Of a DNA stretch of 64,000 bases, positions 53,310 to 64,000 are shown piece by piece. The stretch is from NCBI RefSeq assembly GCF_001194135.2, contig NC_069000.1, positions 18,512,661 to 18,576,660 of the forward strand, read 5' to 3'. The stretch comes from Octopus bimaculoides (taxonomy: Eukaryota). The notes under the pieces are model-generated. The model was not told where the DNA came from and searched no databases. It saw nothing but the letters and a program-made list of their open reading frames with translations. Both the position numbers and the translations under genes were made by a program. Numbering within the stretch: the first letter of the stretch is position 1; the number at the start of each line of letters is the position of its first letter.

Positions 53310-54751
53310 ATCAGTAGTTATTTACAAAGCAAGGCAAGGCAAGGACAAAAGGTGCTGTCACTACTCGTGACAAAAATCGGGTGACTAGCTTGCTGTAAAT
53401 GTAATATAATTAACTTCAATTCAAACAATGCTTTCTCAAGTGTAAGTTATGTATAATTTTAGCTTTTTCACTGATGTTGCCTCTCTGTTTTGTTGGAATT
53501 TTACATGCTTAATTGCCATACTACTATAGGAAATAGAGCTTTCTACAAATCTGAACACTCACATAGTTGGAGAACTGGCTGAATTGGACTTGTGTTGTGT
53601 TCAAATTCAAAAACTGTATATGAGGGATTATTTTCAGCTTTTGTTGTGCAGTATCATCAGACCATTATTTTGGAATATTTTGCTTCCTTTATTCCAAACC
53701 TTGCACCCAGTGTTCAAATCATATGAGAGTTACCTTCACCTTTCATACTCCTGGGATCAATAAATAAATACCAGTCAAGTACTCTGGGTAGCTCTTCATT
53801 TTTTTGTGTCTGTCTGTTACTTTCTTTCATAATTAGCTCCTAGTTAGTTGACAAGTGGTGTTTTCAGAAACTTTTCTTTCCATTAAACGAGAGAACATAA
53901 CTGGTTTCTTTAGGTGCTAATTCTTTTTTTATTTGTAGTTGTAATAGTTGAACATAGAACCAAGTTATTAAAGACTCCCTTTGATCATGAATGACCATGG
54001 AATTGCACCCAGAAAGTTCCCCTCTGAGACACAAGTCCGGACAAGGTTGTTTATGGAAGACCAGTAGTCACCCATACATACCAGGCTCCCCTCTCCATGT
54101 CACTGATGTTATCCAAGGGAATAGCAAATGCTGATACAGCTTGGTACCATTAATGTTGCAACTCATGCCTACAGCTGAGTGAACTGGAGCAACGTGAAAT
54201 AAAGTGTCTTGCTCAAGAATACAACATACAGCCTAACCTGGGAATTGAACACAGAACGTCACGATTGTGAGCCTAATGCCCTAACCAATGAGCCATGTGC
54301 CTTCAAGTGATTACATGGTCAGCATTTCAGTACATCATCCATAGAATTATTGTAGTCTTTCTTCAAACAAAAATGTCAACAAATAAAAAGTACACTCAAA
54401 ACTTTTATATCTTTTTTTTAATCTTTTACTTGTTTTAGTCATTAGACTGCGGTCATGCTGGAGCACCACCTTGAAGAACTTTTAGTGAAATTAATCGACC
54501 CTAGTACTTATTCTGTTGGTCTTTATTTCAAACCATTAAGTCATGAAGACATAAACATATCAGCACTGGTTTTCAAGCAGTGGGGACACACACACATACA
54601 CAATGGGCTTCTTTCAGTTTCTGTCAACCAAATCCACTCGCAAAACTTTGGTTGGCCCAAGGCTATAGTAGAAGACACTAGCCCAAGGTGTCATGCAGTA
54701 GGACTGAACCTGGAACCGTGTAGTTGGAAAACAAGCTTCTTACCACACAGC

Positions 54752-54789
<38 letters not shown>

Positions 54790-55075
54790 ATGCTTGTTTA
54801 AGTGATTTTAAATGTCTTGCCCACTCACGTTTTTGGTATGCTGCTATATTTCATGTTGAGAACAATTTAGGTTTTAATAGACACAAGATGTGATCTATTT
54901 CTAGCGCATCAATTGTCCACGTTAGTGGTCGACGTTATTTTTTTAAATGTACCTTAATCCCCTGAGATTGCAGATAATATTTCTGAATCTCTTTGATTCT
55001 TTAGATGTGCTGGCCTACTGATAATTAATCGATATTAATTAATATATGAATAATTACCAGATTTTACAATAATAT

Positions 55076-55106
<31 letters not shown>

Positions 55107-55739
55107 TGATTAAATAGATTTAATGACTGAGCCAACCAAATTATTATCAGGTCTTTCAGGGTCAACTTTGGCTTTTATCCCTCCAAGATCAATAAAACAA
55201 AGTACCAGTTAAGTACTGAGATTGATTTAATTGGCTACCTTCTTCCCTAAATTTTGGGTGTTGTGCTTATGTAAGAAATAATAATTCTTTCTACTATAGG
55301 CACAAGGCCTGAAACTTTGGGGGAAAGATCTAATCAATTACATCAACCCCAGCACCCAGCTGGTACTTATTTTATTAACCCAGAAAGGCTGAAAGGCAAA
55401 GTTGACCCTAACCCAGCAACATTTGAACTCAGTATCTAAAGTTGGGAGAAATGCCATTAAGCATTTTGTCCGATGTGATCACAACTTTGCCAGCTTACTG
55501 CTTTCTTCCTTATCAATATTAATGACTTATTTGCTGCTGCTTCTAACAACACACGCACTCACACTTGTAGATGGTACTGTCTTCCACACATCTATGACAT
55601 TCATCAACATTCACCTCAGACACTTTATGCTAGAGCTGCACTGATTCAATGAAATATGACAAATTATCTTTCACAGCAATACAATACATACAGACATCAA
55701 AGAGACAGTGTTGCACCACAGCAAAGCTGTCAAAATCTA

Positions 55740-55930
55740 AACAAAATGCCTGGCCTCACTATCTTTGACATTCTCATTTAAGCTACCCACTCAAGTGTAG
55801 CAGTACTAAAACTACACCCTAAAGCCTAGGCTTTCTTTTACAGTCAAAATATACCTCAGCCATGACCAGCTGTCGACTCCCTATACACTCAAGTCCAATC
55901 TACATTGGAGTACTGCTGCAATCCACACAA
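55740..55930 (+). mobile_element. Old L2/CR1-group LINE RT relic
   Basis: GLTIFDIL..H and QVQSTLEYCC resemble LGxTIxxDLSW..H and IRPxLEYC motifs. Confidence 0.45.
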
Positions 55931-57109
55931 ATACAGTTTGGTACATCCTCAAAAAAGACCATTGATTGGTAAGCATATATTTCTCAACATCATCATCACT
56001 GTTTAACACCTATTTACCATGCTGACATGGGTTGGACAGTCTAACAGGAGTTGGTCAGCCATAGAGCTGTCCAGACTCCAGTTGTCTGATTTGGCATCGT
56101 TTCTATGGCTGGATACCCTTCCTAATGCCAACCATTTTACAGAGTGTACTGGGTGCTTCTTACATGCTACCGGTATGTGTGTTTACACAGCACAGACATG
56201 AGTGCTTTATATGTGGCACCAGCACAAGTGCATTTTACATGGCATTGGCATGAGTGCATTTTATGTGACACCAGCACAGTCACATGCTATGTGGCATTGG
56301 CACAAGTGCATTCTATGTGACACCTGCACCTGCAAAGGACAGCCTGTATGTATGGATGACTGTGATTTTATTTAGCTTGACACATCTTCTCAAGTAAAAG
56401 CAAATTTCCACAACTCCAAATCCCTAGTCATTTCTTCAGTGAGGCCCAGTATCTAAAGATCCTTCTTCACCATTTTGTCCCACGTCTTCTTGGATCTACC
56501 CCTTACACCGGTTCTAATTGTGGAGGGAACCAACACACTACAATAAGTAATTTACAGACATGTAGACTCTTTCTCTGAGCTTGAGCTATTTGTCTTTTCT
56601 TCACTCATTGTTCCCATTATGACCCATCATTCCTGGTTCCTCATTAAAACTTCTGTTTAATCCTTGCCTAATGGCAGCTGTTCAAACTAAATGTCAATAT
56701 AGTTTTATTTTTCCCATTTACTTTGATATTTTATCATTTTCACCACATGACAATCCTTCATGAAAGTAAATATTGGTTTCAAATTTTGGCACAAGGCCAG
56801 CAATTTTAGGGGAGAAGTAAGTTGGTTACATTGACCCATGTATTCAACTGGTACTTATTTTATCGACTCTGATAGGATGAAAGGCCTTGGCAGAATTTGA
56901 ACTAAGAATGTGAAGATGGATGAAATGCTGCTAAGCATTTTGCCAGGTTTGCTAATAATTCTTCCAATTTGCTACCTTCCATGAAAGTATATATTAATGT
57001 ACAGAATGATCATGGTTTAGATCAAGAATCTGTTTGGCCAGGGCTGGACTGGAGCTAAACAACTCACCATCCTTTATTAAAGCTAATACAAATAAACACT
57101 TCAACTTAC

Positions 57110-58119
57110 CTGTGTGCTTACTGAGATGTTTTTTCAGATGAATTCTTTGATTAAAGGCATGGTCACATTGATCACATTTGAAAGGCCGTGATGTGGGGTA
57201 TTTGCGTTTGCGGGCACGTTGATCAGGACTAAGTTGGTTTTCCTTAGCCTGTTGAAGATTGCTGTTGTCTGATTTGGGTGAACAAGAACGTGTTGTCAGT
57301 GGACGGTTACGAGAGAGAGATCGCTGACCAATCAGAATCTCTGATTGTTGTGCTTGTTTGTCAGAAGTTGGTGATTTGATGAGAAGAGAAGATGATGTAG
57401 TTGACTTGTTCTTGCTGAGAGAAGGGGATGGTTTTATTGTTGGAATGTTGTTGCAACTGGACACTTTGGATGTTGCTGAAACAGTGCTACCATCTGTTGA
57501 TGAGTTGCTCTGTTTTTGGCTATTACTGTCACTCAAGCCTGTTGTGTAAATGGTCGGGCATGAAGTATTGGAGCCTGAAGATGGTTCACTATGGACAGGG
57601 TAAGAGAAAGGAATAGAAAACACGGTGCCTGGCTGAAGAATAAATGATCTGCTACTACTAACAAGGTTATCAGCATTGATTTCTCTGGTCCGACAGCTTT
57701 TGCTTGTTGATGTTTCTACAAAAGGGTCTTTGTGGCACGAGGTACCACTTTCACTGTGATTTGAATCATGGGAATCGATTAAATCCTGGTTCTCGTTCTC
57801 ATGTTCAACATCAATATAAATCTCACTTGGGTACTTCCGGTTCTTTGAAACAGTTTGAATTCGGTTGACACCACCAAAACCTCTGCTATGAGAATATTTC
57901 CCATAGCCAAGTTGACTGCGACTCAAATAATACTGGGTACCACTGAACATTCTTTTACGACCAATTCTCAAACTGTTATCATTTCTGTGAATACTCCTCT
58001 CTTTGAAGGCCCCTTCTGCTATGTGATGTGATGTCTCAATGTGTTGTTTTCGCTTTTTGGGAAGTACTGAACTGCAACATTGCATTTCTTGTGAGCTGAC
58101 AGAACAGCCTCCTTGTTTT

Positions 58120-58154
<35 letters not shown>

Positions 58155-58492
58155 GCTACTGTTGTTACTGTTGTTGTTGCTGCTGCTGCTGCCTTTGCTA
58201 GGAAACAGACTTAAAGATGGGTTTTCTGATAGTTCTTCATCAGTTACTTCTTGTTTGAGTGAGATAACTTCTGGTAGAACAGTCTCTTCGACTTCTTTGT
58301 TCTCCTTTTCAAGAGAGTTATTCTTGTTGGTCACACAGACTGTAGTAACACCAGTGCGACTCTCACAGACTTGCTGGTTGACATCGAAAAATATTTTGAA
58401 TTTGTGGGTGAACTGTGCATGTTGTAGCATCTCCCATGCAGACAAGAAAGCCTTGGTGCATGAGGAACAGTATAACTGGCGACCAAGTGCAT
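57110..58492 (-). CDS. BCL11-related zinc-finger gene, large exon B (1383 nt, phase 1-1): ZF1, Ser/Asn-rich linker, first finger of the C-terminal array
   Basis: Acceptor ttttattcgttacAG|ATGCA at 58492; donor CACACAG|GTAAGT at 57110. Contains CSSCTKAFLSAWEMLQHAQFTHKFKIF (BCL11 ZF1-like SAWxLLQHAQxTH), a poly-Asn tract, and RPFKCDQCDHAFNQRIHLKKHLSKHTG. Overlaps the 483-aa track ORF, whose tail after HTG is intron read-through. Confidence 0.93.
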
Positions 58493-58798
58493 CTGTAACG
58501 AATAAAAGGCAATATGGTTAATGTGTTTTGCAAATAGATCTACAATTTGGTACATTTACTTATCCATTTACTTGCTTATACTTTGTCAAGTTATAGAGAG
58601 ACTACACTTTGTTAAGAAGTTTAACTCTTTAGCATTTAAACTAGCGCTATATCTGGTCTTCTTTTATGCTAAAACTGACTAGATCTAACCTCTCATACCT
58701 ACCCCACAAAGTAGAAGACACTTTCCAAAGGTGCCACACATTGGGACTGAACCCAGGACCAATATGGTTGAGAAGCAAACTTGTTATCATACAGCCAT

Positions 58799-58850
<52 letters not shown>

Positions 58851-59223
58851 ACATATGTGTATATGAGCATGGTTGAATGTTTACATTCTATGCTTCATAC
58901 AAAAGCATTGGACTAAAACCAGCGTTGTTTGTTGACATACTTTGTCAACAAAATTATCCTCAAACTTAACACTTTTAAGGACAAGTGAGATAAAAAAAAA
59001 TCCATTGCTTGTAAAACAGCTGAGGGTTAGTGACAGGGAGGGCATCTAACAGTAAAGCAATACCTCAATAATGTATTCGTCCAACTTATGCTAGCATGAA
59101 AAAATGGATGTGAAACAAATGAATGATATGGTTTGGTATATCTTTGAAGTTTTTTGAACAATAGTGGTAGTGGTCCAAAGACTGCCTCATCAGAATTGCT
59201 TTTAAAAATCACACACACACACA

Positions 59224-59376
59224 TACAGTTGGGGTTAAAGCATGGAACATTTAAAAAAAAAATTAAAATTGTTATGCCCAAGTACAATTCGATTCGATTC
59301 AAATTATAACTTTGGGCATTTAATATAAAAATTCTAATTTTCAGACTTATGTTCCAAACTTTTGACCATGACTGTA
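59224..59376. mobile_element. Tc1-like MITE, degenerate
   Basis: Right end reads TACAGTCATGGTCAAAAGTTTGGAACAT on minus; left end TACAGTTGGGGTTAAAGCATGGAACAT; TA-flanked. Confidence 0.5.
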
Positions 59377-59720
59377 CATACATACATACATGCATGTAGA
59401 ATGAAGTAGTGAAAAATGACCTCTGAAGGTTGAGTCTCATGAAGGAGATGACAAAGGACTGGGATGATCAAAGATTTGTTGTGCTTCATCTAAGTAAAAA
59501 TGTGGCTCATAAAGCATATTCGTTTCTACTCTAAGCAGAAGGCCTGAATTTTTGGGGGATTAGATTTACCCCAGTACGCAAGTGGTACTTAATTTATCGA
59601 TCCTGAGAGGATGAAAGGCAAAGTAGACCTTGTCTCTTCTCCATGCTGGCATGGATAAGACAGTTTGACAGCTGAAGAGCTGCCTGGGCCTTATTTGTTT
59701 GTTTTGGTATAGTTTCTATG

Positions 59721-60108
59721 TGGAGGTGCAATGGCCCAGTGGTTAGGGCAGTGGACTCGCAGTCGTAGGATCGCGGTTTCGATTCCCAGACCGGGCGTTG
59801 TGAGTGTTTATTGAGCGAAAACACCTAAAGCACCATGAGGCTCCGGTAGGGGATGGTGGCGAACCCTGCTGTACTCTTTCACCACAACTTTCTCTCACTC
59901 TTTCTTCCTGTTTCTGTTGTACCTGTAATTCAAAAGGGTTAGCCTTGTCACACTCTGTGTCATGCTGAATTTCCCCCAAGAACTACGTTAAAGGTACACG
60001 TGTCTGTGGAGTGCTCAGCCACTTACATGTTAATTTCACGAGCAGGCTGTGCCGTTGATCGGATCAACTGGAACCCTTGTCGTCAAAACCGACGGAGTGC
60101 CAACCAAC
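59721..60108 (+). mobile_element. Full-length tRNA-derived SINE, family D, nested in an RTE tail
   Basis: tRNA-like head TGGCCCAGTGGTTAGGGCAG..GGTTTCGATTCC followed by a non-tRNA body; perfect 13-bp TSD tatagtttctatg at 59708-59720 and 60109-60121. Confidence 0.88.
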
Positions 60109-60548
60109 TATAGTTTCTATGGCTGGATGCCTTTCCTAATGCTAACCACTTTACATAGTATACTAGGTGCTTTTAACCTAGCACCAGCATGGGTGCTTTT
60201 ATGTGGAATCGGTGTGGGTGTTCCTATATTTCACTGGTGCACCTGAGTGGCACTGGTGTGGGTGCTTGTATGTGTCACCAGACCCACGAGCCTGCAAGAC
60301 AAGAACCTCTCAGCTGAACCTGGTAATGACATTTCATTACCTGGTTCAGAGCTCAATTAATTAGAAGAAAGTTAGCCTAGATGAGATGCATATAAGACAT
60401 GTATATAAGGTGCTACACAGTAGAACTGAACCCAGAACTATGTGGTTGGAAAGCAAATGTCTTACCACACAACCACACTTGCATTTAGTAATTAAGCACA
60501 AACACAAAAAAAAAACCCCAACAAAAAAAGAAACAAAGCCATAAATAC

Positions 60549-60671
60549 CTGAATTCTTTGATTTATCCCCCGTGTCGGCATCACAGTCATTCTTCTTATG
60601 ATGAATGAAATTGGTAATATTCTGCAGTGGGAATTCTCGCAGACAACGCCCACATGTTAAATAATCACAAT
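60549..60671 (-). CDS. BCL11-related zinc-finger gene, internal coding exon A (123 nt, phase 1-1), encodes BCL11-type CCHC finger (ZF0)
   Basis: Acceptor ttttcttcttcctcAG|AT and donor AG|GTattt on minus strand. Translates (D)CDYLTCGRCLREFPLQNITNFIHHKKNDCDADTGDKSKNS, matching BCL11A ZF0 ([27 protein letters not shown]). In frame with the next exon. Not in ORF track. Confidence 0.9.
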
Positions 60672-60821
60672 CTGAGGAAGAAGAAAAAGAAAAACCAAGT
60701 GTAAAACATAAGCAGTATCCTTCATATATCCATTCATATTGTCAACAAACTTAGTAGAGTTTTGGTAGATTTCAGTAAATGATTCTATCTATTCCCTTCC
60801 TCATGCCTCCCTCTTGTGTGA

Positions 60822-61142
60822 GATCGTTGCCAGTGTCCCTGGACTGGCTCTTGTGCGGGTGGCACATAAGATGTACCATCCTGAGTGTGACCGTTGCCAG
60901 TACCGCCTGACTGGCCTTGTAGGGTTTTCGAGCGAGATCGTTGCCAGTGCCCCTGGACTGGCTCTTGTGCGGGTGGCACATAAAAGACACCATTTCGAGC
61001 GTGGCCGTTTTCGTGCGGGTGACACGTAAAAGCACCCACTACACTCTCTGAGTGGTTGGCGTTAGGAAGGGCATCCAGCTGTAGAAACTCTGCCAAATTA
61101 GATTGGAGCCTGGTGTTGCCATCCGGTTGCACCAGTCCTCAG
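60822..61142 (+). mobile_element. RTE 3'-UTR copy; inverted partner of 49680-50003
   Basis: Same subfamily tandem units (gtgccacccgcacaagagccagtccagggg on minus); ends at an N gap. Confidence 0.85.
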
Positions 61143-62889
61143 NNNNNNNNNNNNNNNNNNNNNNNNNNNNNNNNNNNNNNNNNNNNNNNNNNNNNNNNNN
61201 NNNNNNNNNNNNNNNNNNNNNNNNNNNNNNNNNNNNNNNNNNNNNNNNNNNNNNNNNNNNNNNNNNNNNNNNNNNNNNNNNNNNNNNNNNNNNNNNNNNN
61301 NNNNNNNNNNNNNNNNNNNNNNNNNNNNNNNNNNNNNNNNNNNNNNNNNNNNNNNNNNNNNNNNNNNNNNNNNNNNNNNNNNNNNNNNNNNNNNNNNNNN
61401 NNNNNNNNNNNNNNNNNNNNNNNNNNNNNNNNNNNNNNNNNNNNNNNNNNNNNNNNNNNNNNNNNNNNNNNNNNNNNNNNNNNNNNNNNNNNNNNNNNNN
61501 NNNNNNNNATGTATATTTTTAATTGATATTTTAATACTTCATACATATATATACATATATACGACGGACTTCTTCCAGTTTCCATCTACCAAATCCACTC
61601 ACAAGGCTTTGGTCGGCCCGAGGCTATAGTAGAAGACACTTGCCCAAGGTGCCACGCAGTGGGACTGAACCCGGAACCATGTGGTTGGTAAGCAAGCTAC
61701 TTACCACACAGCCACTCCTGCGCCTATGTATATTTTTAATTGATATTTTAATACTTCATACATATATATTCTGAAATTATTTCTCGTGTATGAAAGAAAA
61801 AAAAAAAAACGTGTGTGCATATTTGTGCATGGGTAAATTTAGATTATTCTGTTTCACCATGTTATCAGAGAATTACCAGATGTCATAAAATATATATATA
61901 TTTTTTTTTTTGACCTCTGATGATACAGCTATGATAACACAGGGAAACAGTCAACTGGATATCTAAATAAATCTGTATTCTTCATTTAAAATGCACTGAG
62001 TTTTTTTTTATGTATCATTGTCATTGTCATCATTGTCCTCCTCCTCCTCTTCATCATCATCATCACTTACAGTCTGTTGCACAGTCTGACAGGAGCTGGC
62101 AAGCCAGGGAGCTACACCAGGCTCCAATTTTCTGTTCTGGCATGGTTTCTATGGCTGGATGTTCTTCTTAATGCCAACCACTTTACAGAGTGTACTGGGT
62201 ACTTTTTATATGGTACCACCACAAATGCTTTTTATGTAAGACCAGCACAAGTTCTCTTTACATGATACCAGTATGGGTATACATATATGTATGTATATGT
62301 ATAGATATATATAATGTATTATCATCATCACTGTTTAACAGCCACCTTCCATGCTGGCATGGGTTGGACAGTTTGACAAGAGCCGGCCAGGAAGAAGACT
62401 GCACCAGACCTCTGTGTCTGTTTTGGCATAGTCTTTATGGCTGGATGCCCTTCCTAACACAGACCACCCTGCAGAGTGAACCGAGTGCTTTTTACATGGT
62501 ACCAGCAAGAAATGAATGTTGCTGAATACAATAAACACAGAAATGTTGCTGTGAGCACCAGATTAGCTCTGATTGAGCAGACTTATGAAATGAAATAAGT
62601 CATTTTACTAGTAACTTTCCAGTCTTTAAGAAACAGTCTATTCAGAACTACATCATCCAATGTGTGCTTTTTTCTTTAAAGATGGTACATGTGATCCAAA
62701 GAAAATTTAACAGTTATTTCTAGCATGTTGGCCAGTTATATGTATATAGGTTGCTTCATAATATTTATATCAACGGGAAACCTTTATATAGATCTGTACA
62801 CATGCGTGCATTTATGTATGTATTTATATATTTTGCAATGTAATTGGAACTGAACTCAGCTGAACATGAAAAAAAGCAGCATAATAAAG

Positions 62890-63277
62890 TTTACTCTTTT
62901 ACTTGTTTCAGTCATTTGACTGCGGCCATGCAGGAGCACCGCCTTTAGTCGAGCAAATCGACCCCAGGACTTATTCTTTGTAAGCCTAGTACTTATTCTA
63001 TCAGTTCTCTTTTGCTGAACTGCTAAGTTACAGGGACGTAAACACACCAGCATTGGTTGTCAAGCGATGTTGGGGGGACAAACACAGTCACACATACATA
63101 TATATACATATACACGATGGACTTCTTTCAATTTCTGTCTACCAAATCCACTCACAAGGCTTTGGTCGGCCCGAGGCTATAGTAGAAGACACTTGCCCAA
63201 GGTGCCACGCAGTGGGACTGAACCCGGAACCATGTGGTTCATAAGCAAGCTACTTACCACACAGCCACTCCTGCACC
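62890..63277 (-). mobile_element. Full-length, well-preserved family A CORE-SINE
   Basis: Reverse complement of the 15984-16372 element. Other copies/fragments: 1830-1935, 11380-11790, 15655-15800, 19460-19800, 21708-21990, 30619-31040, 41640-42000, 43295-43690, 44110-44290, 47655-47780, 54425-54755, 58710-58800, 60400-60480, 61556-61725, 63710-63880. Confidence 0.9.
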
Positions 63278-63901
63278 AAGTTTGTTTATAGATAATTTAG
63301 TCACAGCTATTTTACTTTTTAAAATTTATCTTAAGTATATATATATCTTAAAGAATCCATAAATCCATGTTAGTTATGTTATATAGACACACCTACCTAC
63401 ATTATATGACTTGCCCTGAATGTGTGCGTGCACGTGAGTATAGACACACATACATATAAACAAAATGGTTATATATATATATATATATGTCCACTGTTAC
63501 TTAGTACTGAATGCTATCTTTGTCACTAATGATAAAAAGCTAAAACTAGTACTAGCACTGCATATGCTAAAACACTAATCCAGGCGTGTACACAAGTGCA
63601 TGAATGCAACAAAAACACTGATAATAACTGCATATCTGAACAAACCAAAAACAAACAAAATACACTTCAAGACAGTACTTGTAAGCATGCCTTATCACTT
63701 TATCTGGTACCACAGATGTGGCAGTGTGGTAAGAAGCTTGCTTCCCAATGCTTCCCCAACCACTTGGTTCCAGGTTCAATCCTACTCTGTGGTACCTTGG
63801 GCATCTTCTACTATAGCTCTAGGCAGAACAAAGATTGTGAGTGGATTTGTTAAATGAAACCTGAAAGATGCTCTTCATATATGTGTGTGTGTGTGTGTGT
63901 G

Positions 63902-63981
63902 TACAGGGTGTTCATAAATTATCTTTACAACTTCCACAATTTATTGTTAAATTTTAAAGGTAAATTTATGGACACCTTGTA
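63902..63981. mobile_element. Tiny Tc1/mariner-type MITE (76 bp plus TA)
   Basis: TACAGGGTGTTCATAAATT / AATTTATGGACACCTTGTA (17/19 inverted). Confidence 0.75.
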
Positions 63982-64000
63982 TATGCACACGCTCACTATG

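Noticed and set aside
56994-57109. C-terminal 38 aa of the 483-aa track ORF (KLKCLFVL..)
   Set aside because: Intron read-through after the strong GTAAGT donor; an intron-retained isoform cannot be excluded but has no support here.
58039-58521. 160-aa + strand ORF with poly-Leu
   Set aside because: Antisense shadow of the (AAC)n tract in ZF exon B.
59722-59795. tRNA-like sequence
   Set aside because: No proper acceptor stem; continues into a SINE body with a 13-bp TSD, so it is a SINE head. The same applies to the other box A/B heads.
60700-64000. Search for the first exon of the ZF gene (MSRRKQ-type NuRD motif)
   Set aside because: No convincing ATG exon with a phase-1 donor found; probably outside the window or in the 61143-61508 gap.

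Overview
Eukaryotic, AT-rich, repeat-dense genomic DNA with N gaps. The repeat families and microsatellite landscape suggest an octopus/coleoid cephalopod (inference). Two protein-coding genes face each other. (1) On +, a BTBD17-like BTB-BACK gene with almost all of its CDS in one exon (25843-27323); that exon starts at a phase-1 splice acceptor and has no start codon of its own. (2) On -, a zinc-finger gene that I assembled by hand from four phase-1 exons (60671-60549, 58492-57110, 49115-49032, 43187-42940; at least 612 aa). The ORF track shows only one of these exons; the first exon was not found and is probably beyond 64000. It has BCL11-type CCHC ZF0 and ZF1 but a non-BCL11 four-finger DNA-binding array. 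The rest is transposon debris: mariner, hAT, Helitron, piggyBac-like and Tc1-like MITEs, RTE/L2/R4-like LINE ends, several tRNA-derived SINE families, and simple repeats. I see no CRISPR, rRNA or true tRNA genes and cannot demonstrate a new biological system. The strongest leads are a dense set of inverted repeats inside the ZF pre-mRNA (possible dsRNA editing or a stop-free circRNA), a 9-copy head-to-tail SINE array, a ~90-bp mini-Helitron nested in a helicase-bearing Helitron, and a degenerate hammerhead-like motif. All identities are by-eye estimates.
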